64,000 nt of DNA. Origin: Deltaproteobacteria bacterium RIFCSPHIGHO2_01_FULL_43_49. GTDB taxonomy: Bacteria > UBA10199 > SPLOWO2-01-44-7. Made by a program: the position numbers and the translations under genes. The notes beneath the pieces are model-generated. The model made no database searches, was not told the DNA's origin, and was given only the letters and a program-made list of their open reading frames with translations. Where the stretch lies: NCBI GenBank assembly GCA_001798075.1, contig MGRG01000006.1, positions 11,431 to 75,430 on the forward strand, read 5' to 3'. Below, in pieces: positions 19,407 through 27,830 of the stretch (positions are counted from its first letter, which is position 1; each line of letters begins with the position of its first letter).

Positions 19407-20746
19407 TAGAAGCTCCAAAGTACTTTTCGCCACTGCCATAGGAGACTGACACAAAATTCCTTAAAAGTCCTTAACAAAACATGAAGGAGTCTTTCCATCT
19501 CCCACTTAGCTTTGGTGGTAGCCCCCTTTTGCAAATAGAGCTTTGCCAATCTCAAGCTAACCCAAAAATTATTGCGGCCCATGCGAACAAACTGATTGTA
19601 ATAGTTTAAAGCCTCTTCTTTGAGGCCGCGTTTTTCCGAAACCAACCCCTTCCAATAATAAACCGACTTATTTTCAACATTTTGGCCGATGGCTTGATCA
19701 AAAAAAAGGCCGGCCTTTTCCCATTTTTTCTGTCGCATCCACAAGTAGCCCAATCCCAGATGGGCCTCACCACAGACGGCGTTGTAGGAGAGTGCTTCTT
19801 CAAAGAGTTTGCGACCCTTTTCAAAGTTTTTGTAGAAGATATGGATATTGGCCGCATTGCATTTGGCTTTGACATCCTGGGGGTCGCGCTCGACGATTTT
19901 TTCAAATTCCTTGAGGGCCTCTTTTCTCCGCTTTAGTATCTCCAAACGAATTCCGTCGCTGTTGAATTCTGTTTTGTAGCTGGGATCCAATGCGATTGCC
20001 CTCTGATGATACCCACGAGAGAGTTCTTTGTTTCCGGAGACCCAGTAGTATTCGGCAAGTCCCCAGGCGAGAGAAGCCTCTCGTTTTTTTGGGTCTGCAA
20101 TTTGTCCGCCCAGGAGGGCTTGCAGCGTATCCCCCAGAAATTTGAAGGAGAGTGGGGTATAACCCCCCTCTACCGAGTAGGCTATGGTGATTACTTTCCA
20201 AACGAAATGTTGCCGAAGGATTTTAGCTAATGTATCTGGCCAAATCCAAGGAAAGCGCTTTTGCATGTTTCTTTTATTTTTGAGCGCAAAAATGGAATGG
20301 GTGATGAGAAAATCGACATCGATATCCAAAAGCACCGGTTCTTCAAAGTGAGGCAGATTTGAAAAGCCAAGGACGATCAACTCTTTTTCGCCCCTTCGGC
20401 CATGCTCAGGGCAGGCCCAAGAGATACGCAGCCAGTCTTTTTTGGATTCCATCCGCCATGGATAGGGGTGATTTTTTTTGAAATTGTGTGCAAGGTCTTT
20501 TTTGATGAGCCGCTGTTCTTTGCCTTCCCAAATGGGGTCTGGAACCACCCAATAGAAACTTTTTACAATATTTTCTTCCATGGCCGGCCAAATATAATTT
20601 CCGATGTGAATCGGTTTGCCTTGATTTTTAATCCAATCGAAATCAAGGTGGGCGTCAACATGCACGAGGGTTTCGTTTTGGAAACCCGTCTTTTTCCAGA
20701 TGAAATAAGACTGATCGTGGTTTTCAAAAAGAAAGAGGTTCTCCAT
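19406..20746 (-). CDS. UPF0489 (peptide arginase-like) domain plus C-terminal TPR repeats
   Basis: ENHD, HVDAHLD, HIGNYI, LDIDVDF and TIAYSVEGGYTP motifs followed by TPR-like helical repeats. Confidence 0.8.
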   Translation of the reverse strand: MENLFLFENHDQSYFIWKKTGFQNETLVHVDAHLDFDWIKNQGKPIHIGNYIWPAMEENIVKSFYWVVPDPIWEGKEQRLIKKDLAHNFKKNHPYPWRMESKKDWLRISWACPEHGRRGEKELIVLGFSNLPHFEEPVLLDIDVDFLITHSIFALKNKRNMQKRFPWIWPDTLAKILRQHFVWKVITIAYSVEGGYTPLSFKFLGDTLQALLGGQIADPKKREASLAWGLAEYYWVSGNKELSRGYHQRAIALDPSYKTEFNSDGIRLEILKRRKEALKEFEKIVERDPQDVKAKCNAANIHIFYKNFEKGRKLFEEALSYNAVCGEAHLGLGYLWMRQKKWEKAGLFFDQAIGQNVENKSVYYWKGLVSEKRGLKEEALNYYNQFVRMGRNNFWVSLRLAKLYLQKGATTKAKWEMERLLHVLLRTFKEFCVSLLWQWRKVLWSF

Positions 20747-20747
20747 T

Positions 20748-21035
20748 TTAGTTTTTCTCGACTACCAATGCTCCCACTTCCACAAGCTGTTTGACAAAAC
20801 TTTCAATATCTTGAGCAAGCTTTGATTCTTCAATATCATATTCCTCCAGTAGAATTTTTTTGATTCCATCTAGAGACCGTTTCTCAAGCAGAAGGTCCCA
20901 TATGCGCGTTCCCGACTCATTGGCGGAATACATGACAGACAAATCCCCTGCATTTTCCTTGATGGGGACGAGCAGTAATTCACCCACCACCTTACGGGCA
21001 GCTATAGACTGGGATATCTCGTATGTTTGTTTCAT
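20748..21035 (-). CDS. PqqD family / RiPP recognition element (second copy)
   Basis: RKVVGELLLVP...NESGTRIWDLL...EEYDIEESKLAQDIESFVKQL. Confidence 0.9.
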   Translation of the reverse strand: MKQTYEISQSIAARKVVGELLLVPIKENAGDLSVMYSANESGTRIWDLLLEKRSLDGIKKILLEEYDIEESKLAQDIESFVKQLVEVGALVVEKN

Positions 21036-22776
21036 AGTTCACCGCCTTTTTTGGTAATTCTGGAAACCAGACCCACTCTTCTGAATGGGGAATCCGAAAA
21101 CAGAAGAGTCGGGCTTTCTCCCTCCCTACCTGGATGGATGCAACCAATGGTTTTTGCTCCGGCAGGGGGTCCAATGGCCTCTCACCCTCTTCCCCTTTCA
21201 GTTTTTTTAATTGGCATTCATAAAACCGGATCAACGCTTTTGCTTTGTCTCTGGGAATGCCGGTTGGCTGGGCATGCCTAAATCCCAGAAAGAATTGGAA
21301 AGGGAGACGGTTTTTGTCATCAAGGATGACCTGATTTTTTTCCGGATCCCTGTAGATATAGTTGCCGGGTGTCAGGTAATAAATGTTATAGCAGACATTA
21401 TCAATGTAGTGTCGATGCTCCAGAAGAAAAGAGATAGTGTCCAGTGCCTCATCCATCGTCTCGGAAGGAAGTCCGATCATTGTTTGCAGGGTCACCTTGA
21501 TTCCCGAAGAGCCGCAATCTTTGATCACACGAGCCATGGTATCGAGCTTGGTCCCCTTGTCAACGAAGTCACACACACGCTGGTTGGCGGACTCAAAGCC
21601 ATATGAGATGTGATAGCAACCCGCTTTTTTTGCGAGGTCGAAAAGTTCTCTGTTTAAAGCACCATCCAGCCTTGAAAAAGTCCACCAGCGAATTTGCAGC
21701 CCCTCTTCCAAAATCCTTTTTGAAAGTTTGCGCATGTAGCTGGGGGCCATGGCGAGGTCCGAAAGGACCAGTTCTTTGGCGCCGTATCTTTCCTGAAGTT
21801 CCCTGATATCCCGGATGACGAGGTTTACGTTCTTTTCACGATAGGTATGTTTGGGGAACGGAAGGTCAACACAATAAGTGCAGCGATTCCAATAGCACTC
21901 GCGGGAGGTTTGGTAAGTGACGGTCGTGTAACCATTGTCTTCCTTGCAGACATAACGATCCAAAGGCATGCCGTCAAAATCAGGGGGGGGGAGGGCGTTT
22001 ATGTCTTCTTCTGTTCTCTTTCGGTTGAAGTGCGCTTTTCCGTTTTCAAAGAAAAAAAGGTTCGGGACATCCGTAATTGATTGTCTCCCTTCTAAAACTT
22101 GGAGATACTCATAAAGAGGAGTTTCCCCTTCATCAAAGATTACCCCGTCCACCCACTGGACCAGTTTGGGCCATTTGGAAAGCTCCATTCTAAAAAGGGA
22201 AGGCCATTGTCCACCAAGAATAATAGGAAAATCTTTTATTGTTTTTTTAATCAGATTGCAAAGCGTCAAAACCGGCAAAACCTGAGAGGGAGAGATAACC
22301 GACAAACCTAAGAGGTGATAATCTCCCTCTAGAATTTCTTGCGCGATTTTTTTCTCAAGGAAGAATTGTAAAAAAGTGTTTTCGGTTTCATCTTCCAAAT
22401 AGCGTTCCAAATGCTGGGATGCCAGCATTCGCTCTGTGAAATAAAAAGAGGAATTGGTATTGTCCTGATAGGGGACATATTCGTCATTTTCTTTTGGCAG
22501 ACAATCGGCATAATAAAGATCGCACTTCGCCTTTTTTTCAAAAAGTCTGTTCAATAATTTTTTGACAAAGACATCGTTTTTAATTTTGATCGGTTCACTG
22601 ACACTGATTTTTTCCAGGAGGAATTCAAAATAAACCATGTTGTGGTCGGCTTGGGTGACGGGATATCCCTTGGCTTTTAAAAATCCGGTCAGGCAAGGGG
22701 TCCCCAAGGGGGGAAAAAGATAATTATAAGAATAGTTTGGTGGCAGGCACAAGTAAACGTGCTTTGTTTGCGGCAT
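20992..22776 (-). CDS. B12-binding radical SAM enzyme
   Basis: PPLGTPCL, ILGGQ, DEGETPL, RECYWNRCTYC (CxxxxCxxC variant), GFES. Confidence 0.88.
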   Translation of the reverse strand: MPQTKHVYLCLPPNYSYNYLFPPLGTPCLTGFLKAKGYPVTQADHNMVYFEFLLEKISVSEPIKIKNDVFVKKLLNRLFEKKAKCDLYYADCLPKENDEYVPYQDNTNSSFYFTERMLASQHLERYLEDETENTFLQFFLEKKIAQEILEGDYHLLGLSVISPSQVLPVLTLCNLIKKTIKDFPIILGGQWPSLFRMELSKWPKLVQWVDGVIFDEGETPLYEYLQVLEGRQSITDVPNLFFFENGKAHFNRKRTEEDINALPPPDFDGMPLDRYVCKEDNGYTTVTYQTSRECYWNRCTYCVDLPFPKHTYREKNVNLVIRDIRELQERYGAKELVLSDLAMAPSYMRKLSKRILEEGLQIRWWTFSRLDGALNRELFDLAKKAGCYHISYGFESANQRVCDFVDKGTKLDTMARVIKDCGSSGIKVTLQTMIGLPSETMDEALDTISFLLEHRHYIDNVCYNIYYLTPGNYIYRDPEKNQVILDDKNRLPFQFFLGFRHAQPTGIPRDKAKALIRFYECQLKKLKGEEGERPLDPLPEQKPLVASIQVGREKARLFCFRIPHSEEWVWFPELPKKAVNYETNIRDIPVYSCP

Positions 22777-22818
22777 CCTTAAAAATTTCTAAACTGTAAT
22801 CAGAACCCCGTCAACCAC

Positions 22819-24384
22819 TCAGTTTCTTCCTGTTGCTTCGCGAATGTGAGGCGGCATGGGGCCGTAAGCAAAACCTTGGATCAAAAGGTTAAGTCCCTTG
22901 AAATAGCGTTTGATATCGGTTATCGAGCGCGTGGTAAAAAGCTTTTTCAAAATGAACTTGGGTCTAAAGTAAAAACTTCTAAATGCTTTTCTCTCTATCT
23001 CCCAGACCTCTTCTTTGTTTCGGTAACCTTCTGGCAAGAAAACAACATTCCAACCTTGAAATTCTGAGAAGTCGTCTGTGGTGAGGTGCCCCCATTTGCC
23101 AGCTTTAATCTCGTCATAAAGTTGTGTGCCAGGGTAGGGGGTTGTGATGCTAAACTGGGCATATTCGGGCTCCAATTCGATAGCAAACTGGATTGTTTCT
23201 TCCGCCAATTTCGGTGTCTCGCCAGGGAGCGCAATCATAAAAGAACCCCTAATTTCGATTCCTGCTTGTTTGGTCCAGGCGACCACTTTTCGGATCATAT
23301 CGGCATCGACGTTTTTCTTATCTGCTTGGATATTTTTCATTAACTCGGGGTGGCCCGTTTCAATCCCATAAAAAATATTCCAGCAGCCGGCCTTTTTCAT
23401 TAGTTTCAACATCGGCCAATCGAGTGTTCGAATCGCACCATAACAGCTCCAGATAATTCTTAGTTTTGCTTCAATCAAAAGTTCACAAAATTCTCGCATC
23501 CATTTTTTGTTGTAAGACATGGTGTCGTCCCAAAAGGAGATTTCCCGAACTCCATAGTTTTCTTTAAGCCATTGTATTTCCTCAACAGCCTTTTTGGGAC
23601 TCATCGAGCGAACAGTGGTTCTTGCCTGATCACAAAATCCACAAACAAAAGGACAGCCGCGAATCACTACCATATGGGCCAATGGTGTCTTTTTATATTG
23701 ATTGGGTAGGGGGATGTATTTTTCATAAGGGAGCAAATCGCGAGCCGGGAAGGGAAGGCTGTCTAGATCACGTATAATTGGTCTGGGTGTTGTTTTGACA
23801 ATCCTATCCCTGTTTTTGTACACAATCCCTTGTACCGTGTTGAGAGCGTCTTCATCGGATAGCAAGTCACTCTTGCAAAACTTTTTGTTTCTGTAGATTT
23901 CTAACAATTCCTTTGTTGTCCCTTCACCTTCCCCATATACGACCAGATCAAAGCAGTCATAGGTCTCCATGGGATGTTCTGGGACAGCATTTGCGTGCGC
24001 GCCGCCCAGTATCAATAATTTTTCTGGGAATTCAGCGCGGATTTTTTCGGAAAGTTGAACGGCTGTTGGCAGGGCAAAAGTTGTTGCTGAGATTCCGATA
24101 CATTTTGGATCGTAGTCGCGGATAATTTCTGAAATTTTCCGGAAACTCAAACCCAGTGCACAGCAATCCAGAATGCCGACACCAAATCCATTTTCTCGCA
24201 GGTAGGACGCGATGTATGAAATTCCCAAGGGAGGGAGATCTCCTCCAGAGTCACCCACGGAGTTTTTACCATAACGTTCTGCAATGGTTGTTGGTGGAAA
24301 GATGAAAAGGATGTCTATACGGCCATTTTTGGGGGAAAACGCTCGACGGATAAGCTGTTCCATGGGCTCTATTATACTCCGCAA
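22819..24384 (-). CDS. B12-binding radical SAM enzyme (class B methyltransferase-like)
   Basis: PPLGISYIA, LGGAHA, GEGE, RGCPFVCGFC, GIETG, TPYPGT; start may be ATG 24363. Confidence 0.9.
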   Translation of the reverse strand: MRSIIEPMEQLIRRAFSPKNGRIDILFIFPPTTIAERYGKNSVGDSGGDLPPLGISYIASYLRENGFGVGILDCCALGLSFRKISEIIRDYDPKCIGISATTFALPTAVQLSEKIRAEFPEKLLILGGAHANAVPEHPMETYDCFDLVVYGEGEGTTKELLEIYRNKKFCKSDLLSDEDALNTVQGIVYKNRDRIVKTTPRPIIRDLDSLPFPARDLLPYEKYIPLPNQYKKTPLAHMVVIRGCPFVCGFCDQARTTVRSMSPKKAVEEIQWLKENYGVREISFWDDTMSYNKKWMREFCELLIEAKLRIIWSCYGAIRTLDWPMLKLMKKAGCWNIFYGIETGHPELMKNIQADKKNVDADMIRKVVAWTKQAGIEIRGSFMIALPGETPKLAEETIQFAIELEPEYAQFSITTPYPGTQLYDEIKAGKWGHLTTDDFSEFQGWNVVFLPEGYRNKEEVWEIERKAFRSFYFRPKFILKKLFTTRSITDIKRYFKGLNLLIQGFAYGPMPPHIREATGRN

Positions 24385-24483
24385 AGTCTAACGACTTTGC
24401 TTCGCGGACTGGCAAAGCCAGTCCTTGACATTCATTAACATAGACTTGACAAACTCCTCAACCACTTTATTTGTTTTCGCATA

Positions 24484-25206
24484 TTGCTCTCTATTATCAT
24501 ACCTCTCTATAATGAGTCCGAGACGTTAGCTCACGCTCTTGATCAAACATTTTCTTTTTTGCGAACTCATTTTGGAGAGAATTTTGAGATCATTCTGATC
24601 GATGATGCAAGTCTAGATGGGACATTTGAAGAACTTGGGCGTTTGATTCAGTCTTATTCCCCCCATTTGTGCCACGTCATCCATAATCTCAAAAATAAAG
24701 GGAAGGGACACAGTATTGCGCAGGGGGTGAAAGAGGCTAAAGGAGATTGGATTTTTTTCATGGATTCGGATTTGTCGACCCCTTTGCGTTTTATTCTTCC
24801 GTTCATCGACCAACTCAAAAAAGGGGCTGATATTGTTATTGCCTCACGTTTTGAAAAGAGTTCCAAAATTACAACTCCCCGTTCGTTGACACTTAGCTTT
24901 TTGTCGTGGGCCGAAAGAATGTTGATTCGTCTGATTGCCAATCTTTGGTATTCCGATACACAGTGCGGATTTAAAGCCTTCAGAGGGGATGTTGCCAAAA
25001 AACTTTTTGCACAAAGCCGGATTGAACGTTTTTGCTTTGATGTTGAAATTTTGTTTTTGGCAAAACGCCTAAAATTAAAAATTGAAACCTACCCCGTAGA
25101 ATGGCTGCATGGTAAAAATTCAAAGGTTCGTTTGATCGACCCCGTCATTTTTGTGCGAGACCTTTTAAGAATACGCTGGTATGCTTGGCGCGGGTTTTAT
25201 CAATGA
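24484..25206 (+). CDS. GT2 glycosyltransferase, polyprenol-phosphate sugar synthase (DPM/DPG-like)
   Basis: SIIIPLYNE, IDDASLDGT, NKGKG, FMDSDLS, DTQCGFKAF, FDVEIL. Confidence 0.9.
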   Translation: MLSIIIPLYNESETLAHALDQTFSFLRTHFGENFEIILIDDASLDGTFEELGRLIQSYSPHLCHVIHNLKNKGKGHSIAQGVKEAKGDWIFFMDSDLSTPLRFILPFIDQLKKGADIVIASRFEKSSKITTPRSLTLSFLSWAERMLIRLIANLWYSDTQCGFKAFRGDVAKKLFAQSRIERFCFDVEILFLAKRLKLKIETYPVEWLHGKNSKVRLIDPVIFVRDLLRIRWYAWRGFYQ

Positions 25207-25781
25207 ATAGATTTTTTTTTCATTTTCATTTATTGCGAACTAAAAAGAGAGCTTGGTTTTTTTCAAGTCTCTTTGCTTTTTACATTTTGGCACAGGCCCC
25301 CTTTATTCCAACCGTTTCCCTCTGGCTGCGCCATCACAATCTTTTAAGGGTTTCGTTGTTGGTTTTACTCTTTCTATTTCTTGGTTATCTTTTGGCATAC
25401 TTTTTTTCTGCTCTCAATATCACCAAGGTCAGGGCCTATTTTGGGATAGCTTTTCTTTTGGGGATTTCACTTCTTTTTTTCATGATACAAAAACGCTCGA
25501 TAGAAGAAAGAATACACATCATGGAATTTGCTTTTTTGACACTCCTTTTTTTCAAGGCAGCGAAGTTTAGTTTTCAAGGGTTTTTAATATACGCCATTCC
25601 ACTATTGCTTGCGATAACGATTGGATGGCTGGATGAAATCTGGCAGGCCATTTTGCCAAACCGTATTTATGATATTCAAGATGTCTGCGACAATGCGTTT
25701 GGGTCTCTTGTAGGAATTGGTTTTGCCTGGATTCGTCAAAAGTATGGAAAAGAAATAAACCTTAATGAATCTCACTCCTAA
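25203..25781 (+). CDS. VanZ-like membrane protein
   Basis: EERIHIMEF...GWLDEIWQAILPNRIYDIQDVCDN. Confidence 0.8.
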   Translation: MNRFFFHFHLLRTKKRAWFFSSLFAFYILAQAPFIPTVSLWLRHHNLLRVSLLVLLFLFLGYLLAYFFSALNITKVRAYFGIAFLLGISLLFFMIQKRSIEERIHIMEFAFLTLLFFKAAKFSFQGFLIYAIPLLLAITIGWLDEIWQAILPNRIYDIQDVCDNAFGSLVGIGFAWIRQKYGKEINLNESHS

Positions 25782-26304
25782 AAAAGCGTGGACATTGGCA
25801 GCCGGTTATATTGGCCTGATTTACGTCGGCCTTTATTTCACTCCTTTCTTGAGTACTTTTTTGAAAGAACGGGAGCTATTGGTTTCCTTTATCAATTACT
25901 CTTATCTCTTGGCTGGCGCTTTCCTTTTTTCCATTCTCTATTTCATATTCAAGATTCGCAAACCGGAAAGCTACGGGATGATCGGTGTTTTATTGATTTT
26001 TCTAATTGCCGCTATCATCCGCATGGAGCTTTCAACCGATCGGCTTCATTTTTTGGAGCATGGGTTGGTTTATATTTTGATCTATCTTGCGTTGCGATTT
26101 ACAAATAGTGGCATGCAGTTGGTTGGGCGTTCTATTTTTTTGTGTTTTTTGGTTGCTTTGGGAGACGAGGCAATCCAAGGTTTGCTACCCAACAGAGAAG
26201 CAGAATGGAATGATTTTTGGGCCAATGTTTTTGCCTATTATTTGGCGGCAGGGTTAGTGGGAATCGTTGAATATTTTAGGCCACATTATGGAAAAGCGGG
26301 ATAA
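25765..26304 (+). CDS. VanZ-like membrane protein (paralog)
   Basis: DRLHFLEHG...GDEAIQGLLPNREAEWNDFWAN. Confidence 0.8.
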   Translation: MNLTPKKAWTLAAGYIGLIYVGLYFTPFLSTFLKERELLVSFINYSYLLAGAFLFSILYFIFKIRKPESYGMIGVLLIFLIAAIIRMELSTDRLHFLEHGLVYILIYLALRFTNSGMQLVGRSIFLCFLVALGDEAIQGLLPNREAEWNDFWANVFAYYLAAGLVGIVEYFRPHYGKAG

Positions 26305-26563
26305 CATCTATTTTATCATCAATGTTGTGGCCATTGTGGCCTGGATCAAAGCTGTGGTCTGGATTCCCCAAGATTATTTGTTGTTTTACAATCTCCTTCT
26401 CGTCATTTTTCTGGTTTCTTTGTTGTATCTTATTTATTTAAAAAGGCGTCTTTATGAATGGCCGTGGGAAGCCATTTTTTACTTATGCTTTTTGACGATT
26501 GTCGGCATTATCTCTTTTGCCAACTCAATCATGGGAATCAATCCCTTCAGATTTTTTCGATAA
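26288..26563 (+). CDS. Small hypothetical membrane protein (about 3 TM)
   Basis: Hydrophobic ORF overlapping the VanZ stop; ATG 26288. Confidence 0.55.
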   Translation: MEKRDNIYFIINVVAIVAWIKAVVWIPQDYLLFYNLLLVIFLVSLLYLIYLKRRLYEWPWEAIFYLCFLTIVGIISFANSIMGINPFRFFR

Positions 26564-26584
26564 CCCTTCTCCGACCTATCTGCC

Positions 26585-26790
26585 AATTGCTTTTGGGCAG
26601 GAGGGGGTGTTCAAAACCGTGCTCCACTTCGGGCTATCTCGTCAAAAAAATAATTTCGTTTCAAAAGATGCAGATAGTATCTTGCCTCTGTCAGCTCTAT
26701 CTGCAGAAACGAATATTATTTTTATTGACTCGATACGCCCTCGTTCCCGCACAAATGTTTTGCCCACCCCCTCCTGCCCTCGCGCAATTA
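26585..26790. repeat. About 205-nt imperfect fold-back (rod-like hairpin)
   Basis: Paired arms gggcaggagggggtg/caccccctcctgccc, gtcaa/ttgac, aaaaataat/attattttt, ttcgtttc/gaaacgaa, tgcagatag/ctatctgca. Confidence 0.75.
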
Positions 26791-26832
26791 GCACACAAGA
26801 GCTACGAACTACTGCGATAGTTTGGAGCGCCC

Positions 26833-26974
26833 TTGCGAAAAACGCTTCAATGTAGTGTGATCGGAGCGTAGGGGTGGCCCGGAGGGTTGTCAGCCCGATC
26901 TGTTGGGAGGGCGTGCAATCCCGGAGGGACAGGACCCCGAAGCTCCATCTTATTTATGAAAGCGTTTTTCGCAA
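26833..26974. repeat. Palindromic intergenic element, GGGTG...CAGGACCC family
   Basis: Outer IR ttgcgaaaaacgctt/aagcgtttttcgcaa; core similar to the reverse complement of 62852-62917. Confidence 0.75.
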
Positions 26975-27027
26975 TCATCGGAGAAGATTTAGTTGAAGAA
27001 TCAGGATTATCCATGTAAATTCGGCCC

Positions 27028-27828
27028 ATGTACGAATCCTACTGGGGACTTACCGTCAAACCATTTGAAAACACGCCCGATCCCCGCTTTCTCTATGCCT
27101 CTCCTAAACATGAAGAAGGCCTGTCGCGCCTCCTTTACGGAATTCGGGAGCGAAAGGGGGCGGTGATGCTCACCGGTGTTTTTGGTTGTGGAAAGACTCT
27201 CTTGGGGCATACCCTTTTTCAGGAATTGGAAAAGGATCTTTATAACACTGCCTTTGTCGTCAATCCGAGGATGGAGGCCCTTGATCTTTTGCGTTTTATT
27301 GCCCATGAATTGGGTGGAAAAGAAATGCCCAATAATAAGGCCGATGTTTTGGTACTCTTAAAAGAAATTTTGATGAACAACCTTCGTGATGGAAAAGAAA
27401 CAGTCGTTATCATTGATGAGGCTCATACGGTTGAAGATCCGATTGTGTTTGAGGAAATCCGACTTTTGTTGAACATGCAACTGACTGATCGGTTTTTAAT
27501 AACCATTTTACTTTTGGGACAACCCGAACTCACGGCAGCAGTGAATAGTAATAAACAATTCTCTCAGCGTATTGCGATTCGTTATCATTTGGATCCACTC
27601 AGTGACAAAGAAACTTCTGAATATATTGCCCACAGGCTTCGTGTGGCCGGAAGACAGGAAGCCCTTTTTGAGCCAACGGCGTTGTCGTTCATCCATAAGC
27701 ATTCCGGCGGGATCCCAAGACGAATCAACCAAATTGCAGACATGGCCCTTTTTGTGGGGTTTTCACAAAAGGCAAAAGAGGTGAATGCGGAGTTAATTGA
27801 AGAGGCTATTAAAAGTTTAGAGGGATAA
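27028..27828 (+). CDS. ExeA/GspA-like AAA ATPase
   Basis: YWGLTVKPFENTPDPRF, GVFGCGKT, IIDEAH, LLGQPEL, SGGIPRRINQ. Confidence 0.88.
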   Translation: MYESYWGLTVKPFENTPDPRFLYASPKHEEGLSRLLYGIRERKGAVMLTGVFGCGKTLLGHTLFQELEKDLYNTAFVVNPRMEALDLLRFIAHELGGKEMPNNKADVLVLLKEILMNNLRDGKETVVIIDEAHTVEDPIVFEEIRLLLNMQLTDRFLITILLLGQPELTAAVNSNKQFSQRIAIRYHLDPLSDKETSEYIAHRLRVAGRQEALFEPTALSFIHKHSGGIPRRINQIADMALFVGFSQKAKEVNAELIEEAIKSLEG

Positions 27829-27830
27829 TT

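Noticed and set aside
1-24384. Calling the locus a lasso-peptide or PQQ biosynthesis cluster
   Set aside because: No lasso cyclase, B2 protease or PqqB/C in the window. The precursor core lacks the Asp/Glu needed for a macrolactam and the ExxxY of PqqA.
24425-24473. Two TTGACA hexamers as sigma70 promoters in the divergent gap
   Set aside because: No convincing -10 element at the proper spacing, so not reported as a feature.
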